From: an uncultured Ruficoccus sp.
GTDB taxonomy: Bacteria; Verrucomicrobiota; Verrucomicrobiia; Opitutales; Cerasicoccaceae
Assembly (NCBI GenBank): GCA_965140785.1
Contig: OZ223481.1
Span: forward strand, 512,001 to 576,000
Length of the DNA: 64,000 nt
Reading direction: 5' to 3'
Shown: positions 1 to 9,282 of the stretch, piece by piece
Layout: each line of letters opens with the position of its first letter
Position numbering within the stretch: position 1 is the stretch's first letter
Program-made: the position numbers and the translations under genes
The notes under the pieces: generated by a model
Databases searched by the model: none
Seen by the model: the letters and a program-made list of their open reading frames with translations, nothing else
Told to the model about the DNA's origin: nothing

Positions 1-1
1 G

Positions 2-157
2 CAGGCCGAGAACGTGCTTTTTGATAAAACGATGGAGCAGCAGGAGCGCGAGGCGGAGCTGGAAATTCTGGCCGATATGCTGGAAGCCCGCCGGGCGGAT
101 CTCGACGCTCGCGAGGGCATCGAGCGCCCCGAACCGCCCAAAGAAGTCATGGAGTAG
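2..157 (+). CDS. 3' end of a coding sequence entering from the left edge (charged, coiled-coil-like tail)
   Basis: Open frame QAENVLFDKTMEQQEREAELEILADMLEARRADLDAREGIERPEPPKEVME to TAG at 155-157, with host-like codon usage. Confidence 0.6.
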   Translation, partial: QAENVLFDKTMEQQEREAELEILADMLEARRADLDAREGIERPEPPKEVME

Positions 158-232
158 GCATCCGGTTTATCCTATGTCTGGCAGAGGCCTTTCTGGCCCT
201 GTCGGGCGCGTGTCTTTTGTTCAATACTACTC

Positions 233-274
233 CAGCCGGACCATTTGACAGCCGGAGAAAATCGGCTTATTAAT
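233..274 (+). promoter_or_regulatory. sigma70-type promoter and candidate operator of the TA operon
   Basis: TTGACA (245-250), 17 nt, TATTAA (268-273). CAGCCGGA is repeated at 233 and 249, and an AGCCG..CGGCT inverted repeat lies in the spacer. Confidence 0.55.
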
Positions 275-281
275 GAGTTGT

Positions 282-512
282 ATGAACGATGTTAATATAC
301 CCCCGTTGCTCCTGCGTAGCCTCAAGTTCCGTGCCCATCGCCGCCACACCACCCTCGACTCTGAACTGGCCGCGTGTATTCGGGCAGGGATGGACAGCCT
401 GATGCGGCACGAAGAGCGTTTCCGCCAGACCGCCCCTCGTCTGCGCCAGAAATCCACCGGTTTCCTGAGGCGCGGCCAGCTCGCCGCCTTGATCGAGGAG
501 GGTCGGGCTTGA
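282..512 (+). CDS. putative FitA/VapB-like ribbon-helix-helix antitoxin
   Basis: Small basic protein (NIPPLLLRSLKFRAHRRHTTLDSEL; ends IEEGRA) directly upstream of a PIN-domain gene. Confidence 0.65.
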   Translation: MNDVNIPPLLLRSLKFRAHRRHTTLDSELAACIRAGMDSLMRHEERFRQTAPRLRQKSTGFLRRGQLAALIEEGRA

Positions 513-549
513 GTCTGCCCCGCTGTCAGCCACATCTTATCCGTTGCCG

Positions 550-957
550 ATGATCGTTGTCGATACGACCGTAATCGCCCCCCTGCTTCTGCCCGGCGTT
601 AATACCCCCTGGTCACAACAGGCCTACGAGCGCGACAGTGCCTGGGCCTCCAGCCCGCTTTGGCGCTCCGAGCTGCGCAATGTGCTCGCCCACTACCAAC
701 GCGAACATCGGGTGGAGCCTGCCGCCTGCCTGGAGATCATGAACGCGGCGGAGGAGAAAATGCACCCCCGCCAGTACAACATCCTCTCCGAGACGGTCAT
801 CATGCTCGCCGCCCAGAGCGACTGCTCGGCCTACGAGTGCGAATACGCCGCCCTGGCCCAGGAATTGAACGTCTTTCTGGTCACCGCCAACGAGCGTTTG
901 CTGGCGGCTTTTCCTACAGTTACCTGCGCGCTGGAGCGGTTCGCCCGTGGTGAGTAA
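550..957 (+). CDS. vapC: PIN-domain VapC-family toxin
   Basis: MIVVDTTV N-terminus, ELRNVL, SAYECEYAALA, LVTAN: VapC layout of ~135 aa. Confidence 0.85.
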   Translation: MIVVDTTVIAPLLLPGVNTPWSQQAYERDSAWASSPLWRSELRNVLAHYQREHRVEPAACLEIMNAAEEKMHPRQYNILSETVIMLAAQSDCSAYECEYAALAQELNVFLVTANERLLAAFPTVTCALERFARGE

Positions 958-1082
958 TGGCCATTTATACTGTGCCGCTCCCATATCGCGCTTTCGAATA
1001 CTTTGGGTGGAGGTCACGCATGGCGTCTCCCGGCTAAAAAGAAGTTTGCCAAAGGCGCCCTCTCTCTCTTTTAAAATCGAAC

Positions 1083-1454
1083 ATGGAAGCTAATGAACCC
1101 AAGCCCTTTACCGCCGAAGACGAGGCGGAAGTGAGGGAGTCCCTGAAGCGTTGTTCCCCTGAAACGGTGGAGGCGGCTATTGCCTATCGCAAAACCGGCG
1201 ACACCTCGCAGGTGCCCACCATCATCATGGGCATCCTCGAACGCGTGATGGAACCCGAAGCTCGCCCCAAGCTCCAGGAGGGTAACGACGACACCCGCAT
1301 CAACGAAGATCTCGGGATCGACTCCCTGACCATGGTCGAGGTCATCATGATGGTCGAGGAGACCCTCGACATCACCGTGGACAACGAAGAGCTGCGCAAC
1401 CTTTCGACCATCGGCGACGTTAAGACCTTTATCACCAGAAAGCTCGAATCCTGA
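1083..1454 (+). CDS. acyl carrier protein with N-terminal extension
   Basis: DLGIDSLTMVE phosphopantetheine motif and TIGDV C-terminus. Confidence 0.9.
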   Translation: MEANEPKPFTAEDEAEVRESLKRCSPETVEAAIAYRKTGDTSQVPTIIMGILERVMEPEARPKLQEGNDDTRINEDLGIDSLTMVEVIMMVEETLDITVDNEELRNLSTIGDVKTFITRKLES

Positions 1455-1456
1455 GC

Positions 1457-1927
1457 ATGGACGATATCCCGGTCTGTCAGCTCGACGCGGCGGCCATCGC
1501 CGCGGCCATTCCCCACGACGACCCCTTCCTCTTTCTGGACTCGGCCTCGCTCGAGCCGGAAACGGCCACCGGCTCCTACCGTATCCGGGGGGACGAGTTC
1601 TTCCTGCGCGGCCACTTCCGCGACAACCCGACTTTCCCGGCCTCCATCATGCTGGAGGCGCTCGGGCAGCTCGCGGTCCTCTTTCTGGTCGCCGCCCCTT
1701 CGCCCGCCCTGGCGGAGAAGCAGGTCGATCCGGCCAAGATCTTTTTCCACTCCAGCGACGAGGTGCGCTGCTCGCGCTTCTGCCGCCCCGGCGACGTGCT
1801 GGAGATGGCGATCAAGTGCCGCCGCATCCGCCACCCCCGGGCCAGCTTCCAGGGGTCGATCACCGTGGCGGGTGAGCGGGCGGCCTACGCCGAGGGGATC
1901 AACCTCATGTTCGACTGGCGGGCGTAG
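1457..1927 (+). CDS. fabZ: 3-hydroxyacyl-ACP dehydratase, FabZ family
   Basis: IPH.DPFLFLD and GHF..NPTFPASIMLEALGQ hot-dog fold motifs. Confidence 0.85.
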   Translation: MDDIPVCQLDAAAIAAAIPHDDPFLFLDSASLEPETATGSYRIRGDEFFLRGHFRDNPTFPASIMLEALGQLAVLFLVAAPSPALAEKQVDPAKIFFHSSDEVRCSRFCRPGDVLEMAIKCRRIRHPRASFQGSITVAGERAAYAEGINLMFDWRA

Positions 1928-2014
1928 GTGCCGGTGTATCAGTTTACATGATTGCTGATCCGGTCGGACTTTTTCCGTTTGAAGACTGCGTGGGGATCAA
2001 CATAGTCCGTGATC

Positions 2015-3265
2015 ATGAGAAACGTTGTGGTTACCGGCCTTGGATTCATTACCAGCATCGGTAATGATAAGGCGACCGTCTCGCAGAGCCTGAAGGAGCT
2101 CAAGCACGGCATCGCCGTCTATGACCGCTTCGAGGAAGCGGGCGAGCGCATTCACCTGGCCGGAAAGGTTCAGGACTTCGACGTCAGCTCGAACGACCCG
2201 GAGGACTGGGTCTACCCGGAGCGCTACGCGCTCAAGCGCGAGCAGCTCCGCAGCATGGCCCCGCACGTGCTCTACGCGCACTGTGCCCTCGTACAAGCGG
2301 TCGCGGACGCCGGGTTGACCCCGGAGGCCATTTCCGACCCCATGACCGGCCTGTTCACCTCCTCCGCCGGTTCCGTTCGCCTGCTGACCCACCACATGAA
2401 CCGGCTGAAAAAGCACGGCCTGCGCCGCGCCAGCCCCATGGGCGTGGTCTCTTCGGTGGCGGGCACCCTGTCTTTCAACCTCGTGGCCCTGCACAAGATC
2501 CTCGGCTCTTCCGGGGGCTTCGTCTCGGCCTGCGCCTCCTCCGGCCATGGCCTCGGCTATGCCTGGGACGAAATCGCCCTGGGCCGTCAGGACCGCATCA
2601 TCGTCATCGGCGCCGAGGACGGTGACTTGGAGACGATCCTGCCCTTTGGCGCCATGCGCGCGCTCTGCCCCTCAGCCGAGCCGCCCGGCTCGCGCCCCTT
2701 CGACAAGGCCCGCAACGGCTTTGTCGGCACCGGCGGGGCTACCGCGCTCGTCCTCGAGTCCGAAGAATGCGCAGCCGCCCGTGGCGCCCCGGTCTATGCC
2801 CGCTTCAGCGGCTGGGGTCAGGCCTCCGACGGGTACAACGTCGCCATCTCGCACCCCGAGGGCGACGGTCTGGCCCGCGCCATGCAGCTCGCGCTCAAGG
2901 CCACCGGCACCGAGGCCGCCGAGGTGGACTACATCAACGCCCACGCCACCTCGACCCCCATCGGGGACACTTCCGAGATGAAGGCCATTCGAAAGGTCTT
3001 CGGCAGCGGCGGCCCGGCCCTCTCCAGCACGAAAGCCCTCACCGGCCACGGCCTTTCGCTGGCCAGCGCGATGGAGGCGGGCTTCACCATTTTGGGCATG
3101 AAGGAGGGCTTTACGCCCGGCTCGGCCCACATCACCGACCTCGACCCCGAGGGCGAGGATTTAAACATCATCCGCGAAACCCTCGACAAGGCCCCGCAGG
3201 TCGCCCTCTCCAACAGCAGCGGTTTCGGCGGTGCCAACGTCGTCACGGTTTTCAAATCGGCTTAG
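2015..3265 (+). CDS. beta-ketoacyl-ACP synthase (FabB/FabF family)
   Basis: VVVTGLG, SACAS (catalytic Cys), INAHATST, TKALTGH, SNSSGFGGAN. Confidence 0.92.
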   Translation: MRNVVVTGLGFITSIGNDKATVSQSLKELKHGIAVYDRFEEAGERIHLAGKVQDFDVSSNDPEDWVYPERYALKREQLRSMAPHVLYAHCALVQAVADAGLTPEAISDPMTGLFTSSAGSVRLLTHHMNRLKKHGLRRASPMGVVSSVAGTLSFNLVALHKILGSSGGFVSACASSGHGLGYAWDEIALGRQDRIIVIGAEDGDLETILPFGAMRALCPSAEPPGSRPFDKARNGFVGTGGATALVLESEECAAARGAPVYARFSGWGQASDGYNVAISHPEGDGLARAMQLALKATGTEAAEVDYINAHATSTPIGDTSEMKAIRKVFGSGGPALSSTKALTGHGLSLASAMEAGFTILGMKEGFTPGSAHITDLDPEGEDLNIIRETLDKAPQVALSNSSGFGGANVVTVFKSA

Positions 3266-3278
3266 ATGGGACGGGGTA

Positions 3279-3704
3279 ATGCCCGTAACAAAGCCTTCTC
3301 CTCGCATGCGCTCATCTCCAACCGGACACGCGACACACTATACGCTCAGCGCTGGGGCCTTCGCCATGGTGTTGTTGATGGGCTGCGCTGGATGTGTGCG
3401 TGACACCGACGCTCAATACCGGAATCGCATTGAGCGTTTGAACGTAGCCATGCAATCCTACCGCCTCATGTATGGCTATTTCCCCGAGGCTGATGACAAC
3501 CGGACGCTGATGATTAAGCTGATGGGAGAGGCAAACTACATCAAGGACAAGGCTTCTGCGTCGGATGCGAGGAGGCTGGATAAAGTTTTCTTTGAGGCGC
3601 GCGAAGGGGATTTGAATGCCCAGATGGAACTCCTCGGCAAAGATGGCCACCCGTTGGATATTTCTTCACACCCTCAGGATGGGCTTATTCTGAACGAATC
3701 GTGA
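3279..3704 (+). CDS. small exported protein, GspG pseudopilin-like C-terminal region
   Basis: Hydrophobic stretch ending in LMGC, then AMQSYRLMYGYFP..DN..LM..L.G..N; AT-richer than neighbours; start uncertain. Confidence 0.45.
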   Translation: MPVTKPSPRMRSSPTGHATHYTLSAGAFAMVLLMGCAGCVRDTDAQYRNRIERLNVAMQSYRLMYGYFPEADDNRTLMIKLMGEANYIKDKASASDARRLDKVFFEAREGDLNAQMELLGKDGHPLDISSHPQDGLILNES

Positions 3705-3766
3705 CCGGCCCGGTGATTTCGCTGGTTTGTATCGCCTTGGGCTGAGCCAATATCTAATTTCCCCCT

Positions 3767-4342
3767 ATGAGTAAACGCCGCTACGGCCAACATGGCCGCG
3801 ACAATGCCCACGCCAGCAGCCGCATCGCCGTCGACCCGATGGACGAGAAGCAGTTCCTGGCCAAACTGCGCGAAACCGAAGACCCCTTCGTGCTCATCAT
3901 TGACGGCGTGCAGGACCCGCACAACCTCGGGGCCTGCCTGCGCAGTGCCGACGCCGCCGGGGTGGACTTCGTCCTCGCCCCGCAGAAGCACACCGTTGGC
4001 CTGACCGAGACCGTGCGGCGCATCGCCTGCGGCGGGGCCGACCGCGTCCCCTACATCCAGGTGCAGAACCTCAACCGCACCCTGGAAAAGATGAAAGAAA
4101 TCGGTCTGTGGATCGTCGGCACCGGGGACGAGGAATCGCAACTCCTCTACGAAGTGGACATGAAGGGCCCGCTCGCCATCGTCCTCGGTCGCGAGGATTT
4201 AGGCGTGCGCAAAGCCATCGCCGACAAGTGCGACTTCCTCGTGAAAATCCCCATGCTCGGCCACGTCGATTGCCTCAATCTCTCCGTCGCCACCGGCGTC
4301 TGCCTCTTCGAGGCCGTCCGGCAGCGGACCACAAAATCGTGA
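3767..4342 (+). CDS. rlmB: SpoU/TrmH-family RNA 2'-O-methyltransferase (RlmB-like catalytic domain)
   Basis: DGVQDPHNLGACLRSADAAG, VLGRE..G, IPMLG...LNLSVA. Confidence 0.85.
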   Translation: MSKRRYGQHGRDNAHASSRIAVDPMDEKQFLAKLRETEDPFVLIIDGVQDPHNLGACLRSADAAGVDFVLAPQKHTVGLTETVRRIACGGADRVPYIQVQNLNRTLEKMKEIGLWIVGTGDEESQLLYEVDMKGPLAIVLGREDLGVRKAIADKCDFLVKIPMLGHVDCLNLSVATGVCLFEAVRQRTTKS

Positions 4343-4353
4343 CTTGGCTGAGA

Positions 4354-4628
4354 CTGGCCACAGAGCACACAGAGGAGTCACAGAGACCCCAGAGCTTATA
4401 TCCTGAAGCTTCTAATTTGTCTCGGGAATCGCTCGGTGGGATTTAACAGGAAGGTCGGGAAGATCGAAAACGAAGTAGAGATAAATTCTCTCGGCCTTCC
4501 CGCCCTTCCTGTTTAAAAAAGCATCCCTTCAGTGAAGGCCCGGATTTACCACTTCCTGCTTGGAAACGGGATTCGTTTTGGAAAACTCTCTGTAGTCTCC
4601 GTGCCTCCCCGGTGCTCTCTGTGACCAG
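4354..4628. repeat. nested inverted arrays of degenerate 9-mer repeats
   Basis: Outer pair CTGGCCACAGAGCACACAGAG.. / ..CGGTGCTCTCTGTGACCAG; inner pair TTTAACAGGAAGGTCGGGAAG / CTTCCCGCCCTTCCTGTTTAAA. Confidence 0.75.
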
Positions 4629-4633
4629 CTTCT

Positions 4634-5359
4634 TTATCCCCCCACGCCGTAAAAACGTCGGTGTTTGCGGAAGAGATTGTATTTGATGATGGCGTAGATG
4701 GCGCGTACGCCGTCTCTCCAGCCGATCTTTTTGCCTTCGGCGTAGGTGCGCCCGTCGTAGCTGATGCCGACCTCGTAGATGATGCAGCCGGAGTGGGCGA
4801 GCTTGGCGGTGATCTCCGGCTCGAAGCCGAAGCGATCCTCCTCGATCTGAAACTGCTGGATGATGTCGCGGCGGCAGACCTTGTAGCAGGTTTCCATGTC
4901 GGTGAGGTTGATATTGGTGCACATGTTCGAGAGTGTGGTCAGGAAGCGGTTGCCGAGCATGTGCCAGAAATAGACCACGCGGTGCGGCCTCCCGCCCAGA
5001 AAACGTGAGCCGAAGACCACGTCTGCCCCGCGGTGCAGGATGGGGTCGATCAGGGTGGGGTAGTCGCGCGGATCGTACTCCAGGTCGGCGTCCTGAATGA
5101 TGACAATGTCCCCGGTGGCGGCAGCGATGCCGGTGCGCAGGGCCGCGCCCTTGCCCTGGTTGGCCTTGTGGCGCAGGAGCTTGTGGTAGCTGCCGGGGTT
5201 GGCTTCGAGGACGTCGAGTGTGCCGTCCCCGGAGCAGTCATCGACCACGATCAGCTCCAGCTCGTGCTCGGGGAAGACCGGGCTCTCCTGGATGCGGCGA
5301 AGGATTTTCAGGACGGTCTCTTCCTCGTTATAGCAGGGGACAACAACGCTCAAGATCAT
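4634..5359 (-). CDS. glycosyltransferase family 2 (DPM1-like)
   Basis: [42 protein letters not shown]. Confidence 0.92.
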   Translation of the reverse strand: MILSVVVPCYNEEETVLKILRRIQESPVFPEHELELIVVDDCSGDGTLDVLEANPGSYHKLLRHKANQGKGAALRTGIAAATGDIVIIQDADLEYDPRDYPTLIDPILHRGADVVFGSRFLGGRPHRVVYFWHMLGNRFLTTLSNMCTNINLTDMETCYKVCRRDIIQQFQIEEDRFGFEPEITAKLAHSGCIIYEVGISYDGRTYAEGKKIGWRDGVRAIYAIIKYNLFRKHRRFYGVGG

Positions 5360-5464
5360 GCTTACCCCGCAGTATTGAGGCGTGCCTGGCCCTTGGCAAG
5401 GCGAAGGTGCCCGCTCAGGCTTTCGCGCTTGAAGCCTGAGTATTATACCCGATAATGCGCTCTT

Positions 5465-6211
5465 ATGCACCGTTTCCTGGGACGGCACCTGGAGGCCGCG
5501 GCTCAAGTTCCGATCTACGCGCGGCATCACTGGCGCGTCTTGCTTATCCGGGGAACGATTCTCGCTGTCGCTATGGTGGCGGTCGTGGTGGTAGGCAAGA
5601 TGCTGGAGGACGACCTCCCGGCCATCCTTGGCTGGATCCGCGACCAGGGCGCCTGGATGCCGGCTATCTTCTGCGGGATCTTTCTCATCGCGTGTCTGTT
5701 GTGCGTGCCGGCGGACATCTTCGTTTTCGCGGCGGGGACGCTCTTCGGCCTGGGCTGGGGTTTTTTCTATGCGGTGGTGACGGAATATGTCGCGCTCATG
5801 CTGGCTTTTTATCTGGCCCGCGTGTTTTTCAAGAAACGGATCGAGCGCTTCATGGCGGTCCACCCGCGCTTTCAGGCCATCGACAAGGCGGTCAGCGCCA
5901 AGGGCCTGCGTATTGGGTTTCTGCTACGACTGGGGCCGGTGCCCTTCGGCCCGCTCAACTACATCCTCGGCGTCAGCCGAATGGATTTTCGCACGTATAT
6001 GCTGGCTAGTCCCGGCCTCCTCCCGAGCCTGCTGGCCGTCGTTTACTACGGGGTCGTGGCCCGTCACCTGACGCGGCTGGCCACGGGGATGGAGCACCAC
6101 AGCCCGGTGCACTACATCAGCATGGTGGCCGGGGCGATTGTGGCCCTGTGCGCCTCGGTGTACATCGCCCGCGTGGCGCGTAAGGCCCTCAAGGACGCCC
6201 ACGCGCTCTGA
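5465..6211 (+). CDS. TVP38/TMEM64 (VTT, DedA-superfamily) membrane protein
   Basis: Several TM helices, [22 protein letters not shown]. Confidence 0.85.
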   Translation: MHRFLGRHLEAAAQVPIYARHHWRVLLIRGTILAVAMVAVVVVGKMLEDDLPAILGWIRDQGAWMPAIFCGIFLIACLLCVPADIFVFAAGTLFGLGWGFFYAVVTEYVALMLAFYLARVFFKKRIERFMAVHPRFQAIDKAVSAKGLRIGFLLRLGPVPFGPLNYILGVSRMDFRTYMLASPGLLPSLLAVVYYGVVARHLTRLATGMEHHSPVHYISMVAGAIVALCASVYIARVARKALKDAHAL

Positions 6212-6278
6212 TTGCTTGATTCTGCTCTTCTGGGGTTTTCCGTTGTGTAGATCTTTGATTAGTCGTCATAATAGTACG

Positions 6279-6734
6279 ATGAAGTGCCTGGCCGTTTTTG
6301 TATTACTTCTATTTCTGCTACCCCGCGCCTTTGGGGAACAGACTGTGGATTTTTCGTCTTATGAGGTGAGAGAACCTGCCCGTATAGCTGCATTTAAGAA
6401 GATTCTAGCCAAGAAGGCGGAAGATAAGGAGGCGTACTTGGAGGCGATGGACGCATACTGTTCGACTTTGAAGGCGGAGGTGAGCATACAGGCTCAAGCA
6501 GGGCTGGACGGGCAGTTCGAACAGACAGAGGGGGACGTTTGCATGACGGGCAAAGTCTTTCCTTTTCAGACAAACCCCGATGGGTATCCGGTCAAAGTGA
6601 ATGTCACCCAGGGTGAGCGTACGATCCACAACGCGACTCCGTTACTGATGCAGCCAAACGAATTTGTAGTCGTCACCGTTGTTACTGCCGAGAAGTATAT
6701 CTATGTCACTACACTTAAGCTGAGTGTGGATTAG
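6279..6734 (+). CDS. hypothetical secreted protein
   Basis: Signal peptide MKCLAVFVLLLFLLPRAFG; AT-richer ORF. Confidence 0.6.
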   Translation: MKCLAVFVLLLFLLPRAFGEQTVDFSSYEVREPARIAAFKKILAKKAEDKEAYLEAMDAYCSTLKAEVSIQAQAGLDGQFEQTEGDVCMTGKVFPFQTNPDGYPVKVNVTQGERTIHNATPLLMQPNEFVVVTVVTAEKYIYVTTLKLSVD

Positions 6735-6812
6735 AAGAGTCTTTGGTGTGAACACCCGCTTCGGCAGGATGCGGGCTTGCCATGGGTAGGGGGGCGGCGT
6801 TTTCATAAGGGT

Positions 6813-7280
6813 ATGTTGAAATGGGTACGTAGCGCCGCCCGTGCGCTGATCATCCGGAATGGCGAACTGCTGGCCATCCGCATGCAACGGGTGCCCGGAG
6901 AGGTCTTTTACATCCTGCCCGGCGGCGGCCAGAAGCACGGCGAAACGCTCATGGACACGCTCCAGCGCGAGTGCCGGGAGGAGATCGGCACCGAGGTCCA
7001 GCCCGGCGAAATCGCCTACGTGCGCGAATACATCGGCCGCCACCACCACCTGCGCAAGCTGCACAAGGATTTCCACCAGCTCGAAGTGGTCTTCCACTGC
7101 GCACTGCCCGAGGGGGCGGAGCCGCGCCCCGGCCCGGACCACGACAAGCACCAGATCGGGATCGAATGGCTGCCGCTGGAGCGGCTCAAGGACACCGATT
7201 TCTACCCGGAAGTGCTCAAGACCCTGGTCGAGGACGGACGGGTCAGCGCCAGCCGCCTGTACCTGGGCGACATCAATTAG
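6813..7280 (+). CDS. NUDIX hydrolase
   Basis: LPGGGQKHGETLMDTLQRECREEIG Nudix box. Confidence 0.9.
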   Translation: MLKWVRSAARALIIRNGELLAIRMQRVPGEVFYILPGGGQKHGETLMDTLQRECREEIGTEVQPGEIAYVREYIGRHHHLRKLHKDFHQLEVVFHCALPEGAEPRPGPDHDKHQIGIEWLPLERLKDTDFYPEVLKTLVEDGRVSASRLYLGDIN

Positions 7281-8112
7281 TGTCCGCCAGCATGCTGGTG
7301 CCGGTGATGGTTGAGCCGGTGGGCGCAATAGGCGGTCGCTTGTCCGCCTCCGAGGGCGGCTCGTCCAGCCCCTCAATGCCGCCGGGCGGATCGAAGTAGG
7401 GCAGGTAAACCCCGGCGTCGAGCCGAATACTCTCCAGCGTGATAACCGAGACCAACTCTCCGTCCCGGTAGCTTTCCACCCGGAAGGGGAGCTGGAGCCT
7501 GTCCAGGCGGCGAATGTCCTGATAGCGGTACTCCACCTGGTGCTCGCTGCCGTCAACAACCTCGGAGTACTCCAGCCGGTAATCGAGGAAGGTCTCCTGG
7601 TCGATGGTGTAGCGCTCCGTGGAGCCGTTCTCCAGCGTCACGTCGATCAGATACACGGGTCTGCCCTCGAACTCGTCGGACCCGGCATAGGCCCGGACCA
7701 CGTGCGGGTTGTGCGGCTGGTAGAGCTGGTTGAACATGGCGGCGTTGCGGATCAGGTTCTCGCGTGCCGGCCCGGTGAGCTCGACCGCCTGCCGACGCTG
7801 GCGAACGGTTTGCCAGGCGGTTTCGCCATTGTACCCCATGATCAGTTCCATTCCGTTCAGCGTCACGGTCATGCGGATCAGGTCGGGCTGCTTTTTAACC
7901 TGCACGAAGGACAATTGCTGCCCGTCTTGCTCAATGGTTCCCTCCATGCGCAGAGTTTCTATTGAGTCGATGTAGGCGCTCCCGCCCTGGGCCTTGACGT
8001 ACCCGGCCAGGATTTCCGGCAAGCTCAGCTCTCTGGACGAGGCCGTCGGTTCGGCGGTGAGCAGGCGGGCGCAAGCCAGGGAGGACAACAGCAGCAGAGG
8101 GAGGGCTTTCAT
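7273..8112 (-). CDS. exported LolA-like / outer-membrane lipoprotein-sorting fold protein
   Basis: Signal peptide, YVKAQGG, GYNGETAW, YQDIRRLDRLQLPF. Confidence 0.65.
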   Translation of the reverse strand: MKALPLLLLSSLACARLLTAEPTASSRELSLPEILAGYVKAQGGSAYIDSIETLRMEGTIEQDGQQLSFVQVKKQPDLIRMTVTLNGMELIMGYNGETAWQTVRQRRQAVELTGPARENLIRNAAMFNQLYQPHNPHVVRAYAGSDEFEGRPVYLIDVTLENGSTERYTIDQETFLDYRLEYSEVVDGSEHQVEYRYQDIRRLDRLQLPFRVESYRDGELVSVITLESIRLDAGVYLPYFDPPGGIEGLDEPPSEADKRPPIAPTGSTITGTSMLADTN

Positions 8113-8383
8113 GGCGGTGTTGATGGTTCTTCTGCCGCGGGGCGGCAGGAGAGCACTTACCATAAAGCGGCATCACGGCGCCCGCATGGCGGATGGGTGA
8201 CAATGCAGCAACAAACCGCTTCGCCGGAGCATAGGTCAAATGCGGATTAGTATCACTCTAACGTATTTAAGAATTTTATATCTTTAAAAATAGCCGTATA
8301 AGTTCTTTTTGTGTTGATTGTTACTTAATGAAATATATTAAATATCAAAAATGACTCATGGATGATTTTTCATATTCAAAGGA

Positions 8384-9148
8384 GTGTTGATGCACAAGGA
8401 AACCTTACTCTACCCAGTTCATAATAAGTATCGGAAGCTCTCGCGGAGCGTCGGCCCCAGCAGTGAGTGGAAGCTGTTGGCGCTGCTTTTTGTGTGCGCT
8501 TTGTTCGTTGCGCCGTCGGCCCGGGCGCTGCAGACGTTAAGCCTGACCTTTCAGGAAGATACGGGTGCGAACCAAGTGATAATGACTTTCAACGGACAAG
8601 TCATGGCCTTGGGCGGCACCGCCTGGAATGCCGCAGAGAATGACGGGCTGTATCTTTATAATTCGGACGCAACCGCCCGCTATGGCTTTGCCGTCGGTAA
8701 CAGCAACACGCTCTTTGGCGGTGTGCCGGTGGATGAAAACTGGGAGTTTACTCAGGATGTGGGATGGTCTGATCTGCAGGGTCTGGAGGTTCAATCCGCA
8801 GCTCCCGGAGGCGGAGTATTATATGCGCCTGTCGAAGATCCGGAGGTCATTCCCACTCTCTTCTTATTCTATGATACCGCTTGGGAGGCGGGGGACACTC
8901 TCGTGTGGGACAACGTCACCTATACCCTCGATAATACCACACTGGCCGACTTGGGCCTGACTGCCGGGGACACCGGCTCCATGACCTTTACGCGCACGCA
9001 GGGGGAAGCTTATGAACTCGTTTTTACCTATACCGCCCTGGAAAACGTTCCCGAGCCCTCTGCCTGGGCGATGATTGTCGGGATGGGCTGCCTGGGGCTT
9101 ATCGGTATCCGCTATCGCGGGCATCGCCGCGGGGTATTGCAGCGGTAA
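8384..9148 (+). CDS. PEP-CTERM sorting-domain surface protein
   Basis: C-terminal VPEPSAWAMIVGMGCLGLIGIRYR; signal-like hydrophobic segment; very AT-rich upstream region. Confidence 0.85.
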   Translation: MLMHKETLLYPVHNKYRKLSRSVGPSSEWKLLALLFVCALFVAPSARALQTLSLTFQEDTGANQVIMTFNGQVMALGGTAWNAAENDGLYLYNSDATARYGFAVGNSNTLFGGVPVDENWEFTQDVGWSDLQGLEVQSAAPGGGVLYAPVEDPEVIPTLFLFYDTAWEAGDTLVWDNVTYTLDNTTLADLGLTAGDTGSMTFTRTQGEAYELVFTYTALENVPEPSAWAMIVGMGCLGLIGIRYRGHRRGVLQR

Positions 9149-9282
9149 GCCTTTCCTGACGCCTGGGGTGACGACCGGGCCGTGCATGACGGTGCCGTGA
9201 CGCAGGTTCTGCCTTCCGCCTTCCCGGCTCGCCCAGGGCGATCCCCGTCAACGAACCGGCTGCAAGCCTGCCGGGGGCGCAA

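Noticed and set aside
5360..5863. N-terminal extension of the GT2 ORF to 409 aa
   Set aside because: It overlaps the opposite-strand TVP38 gene; GT2 motifs begin at the ATG at 5359.
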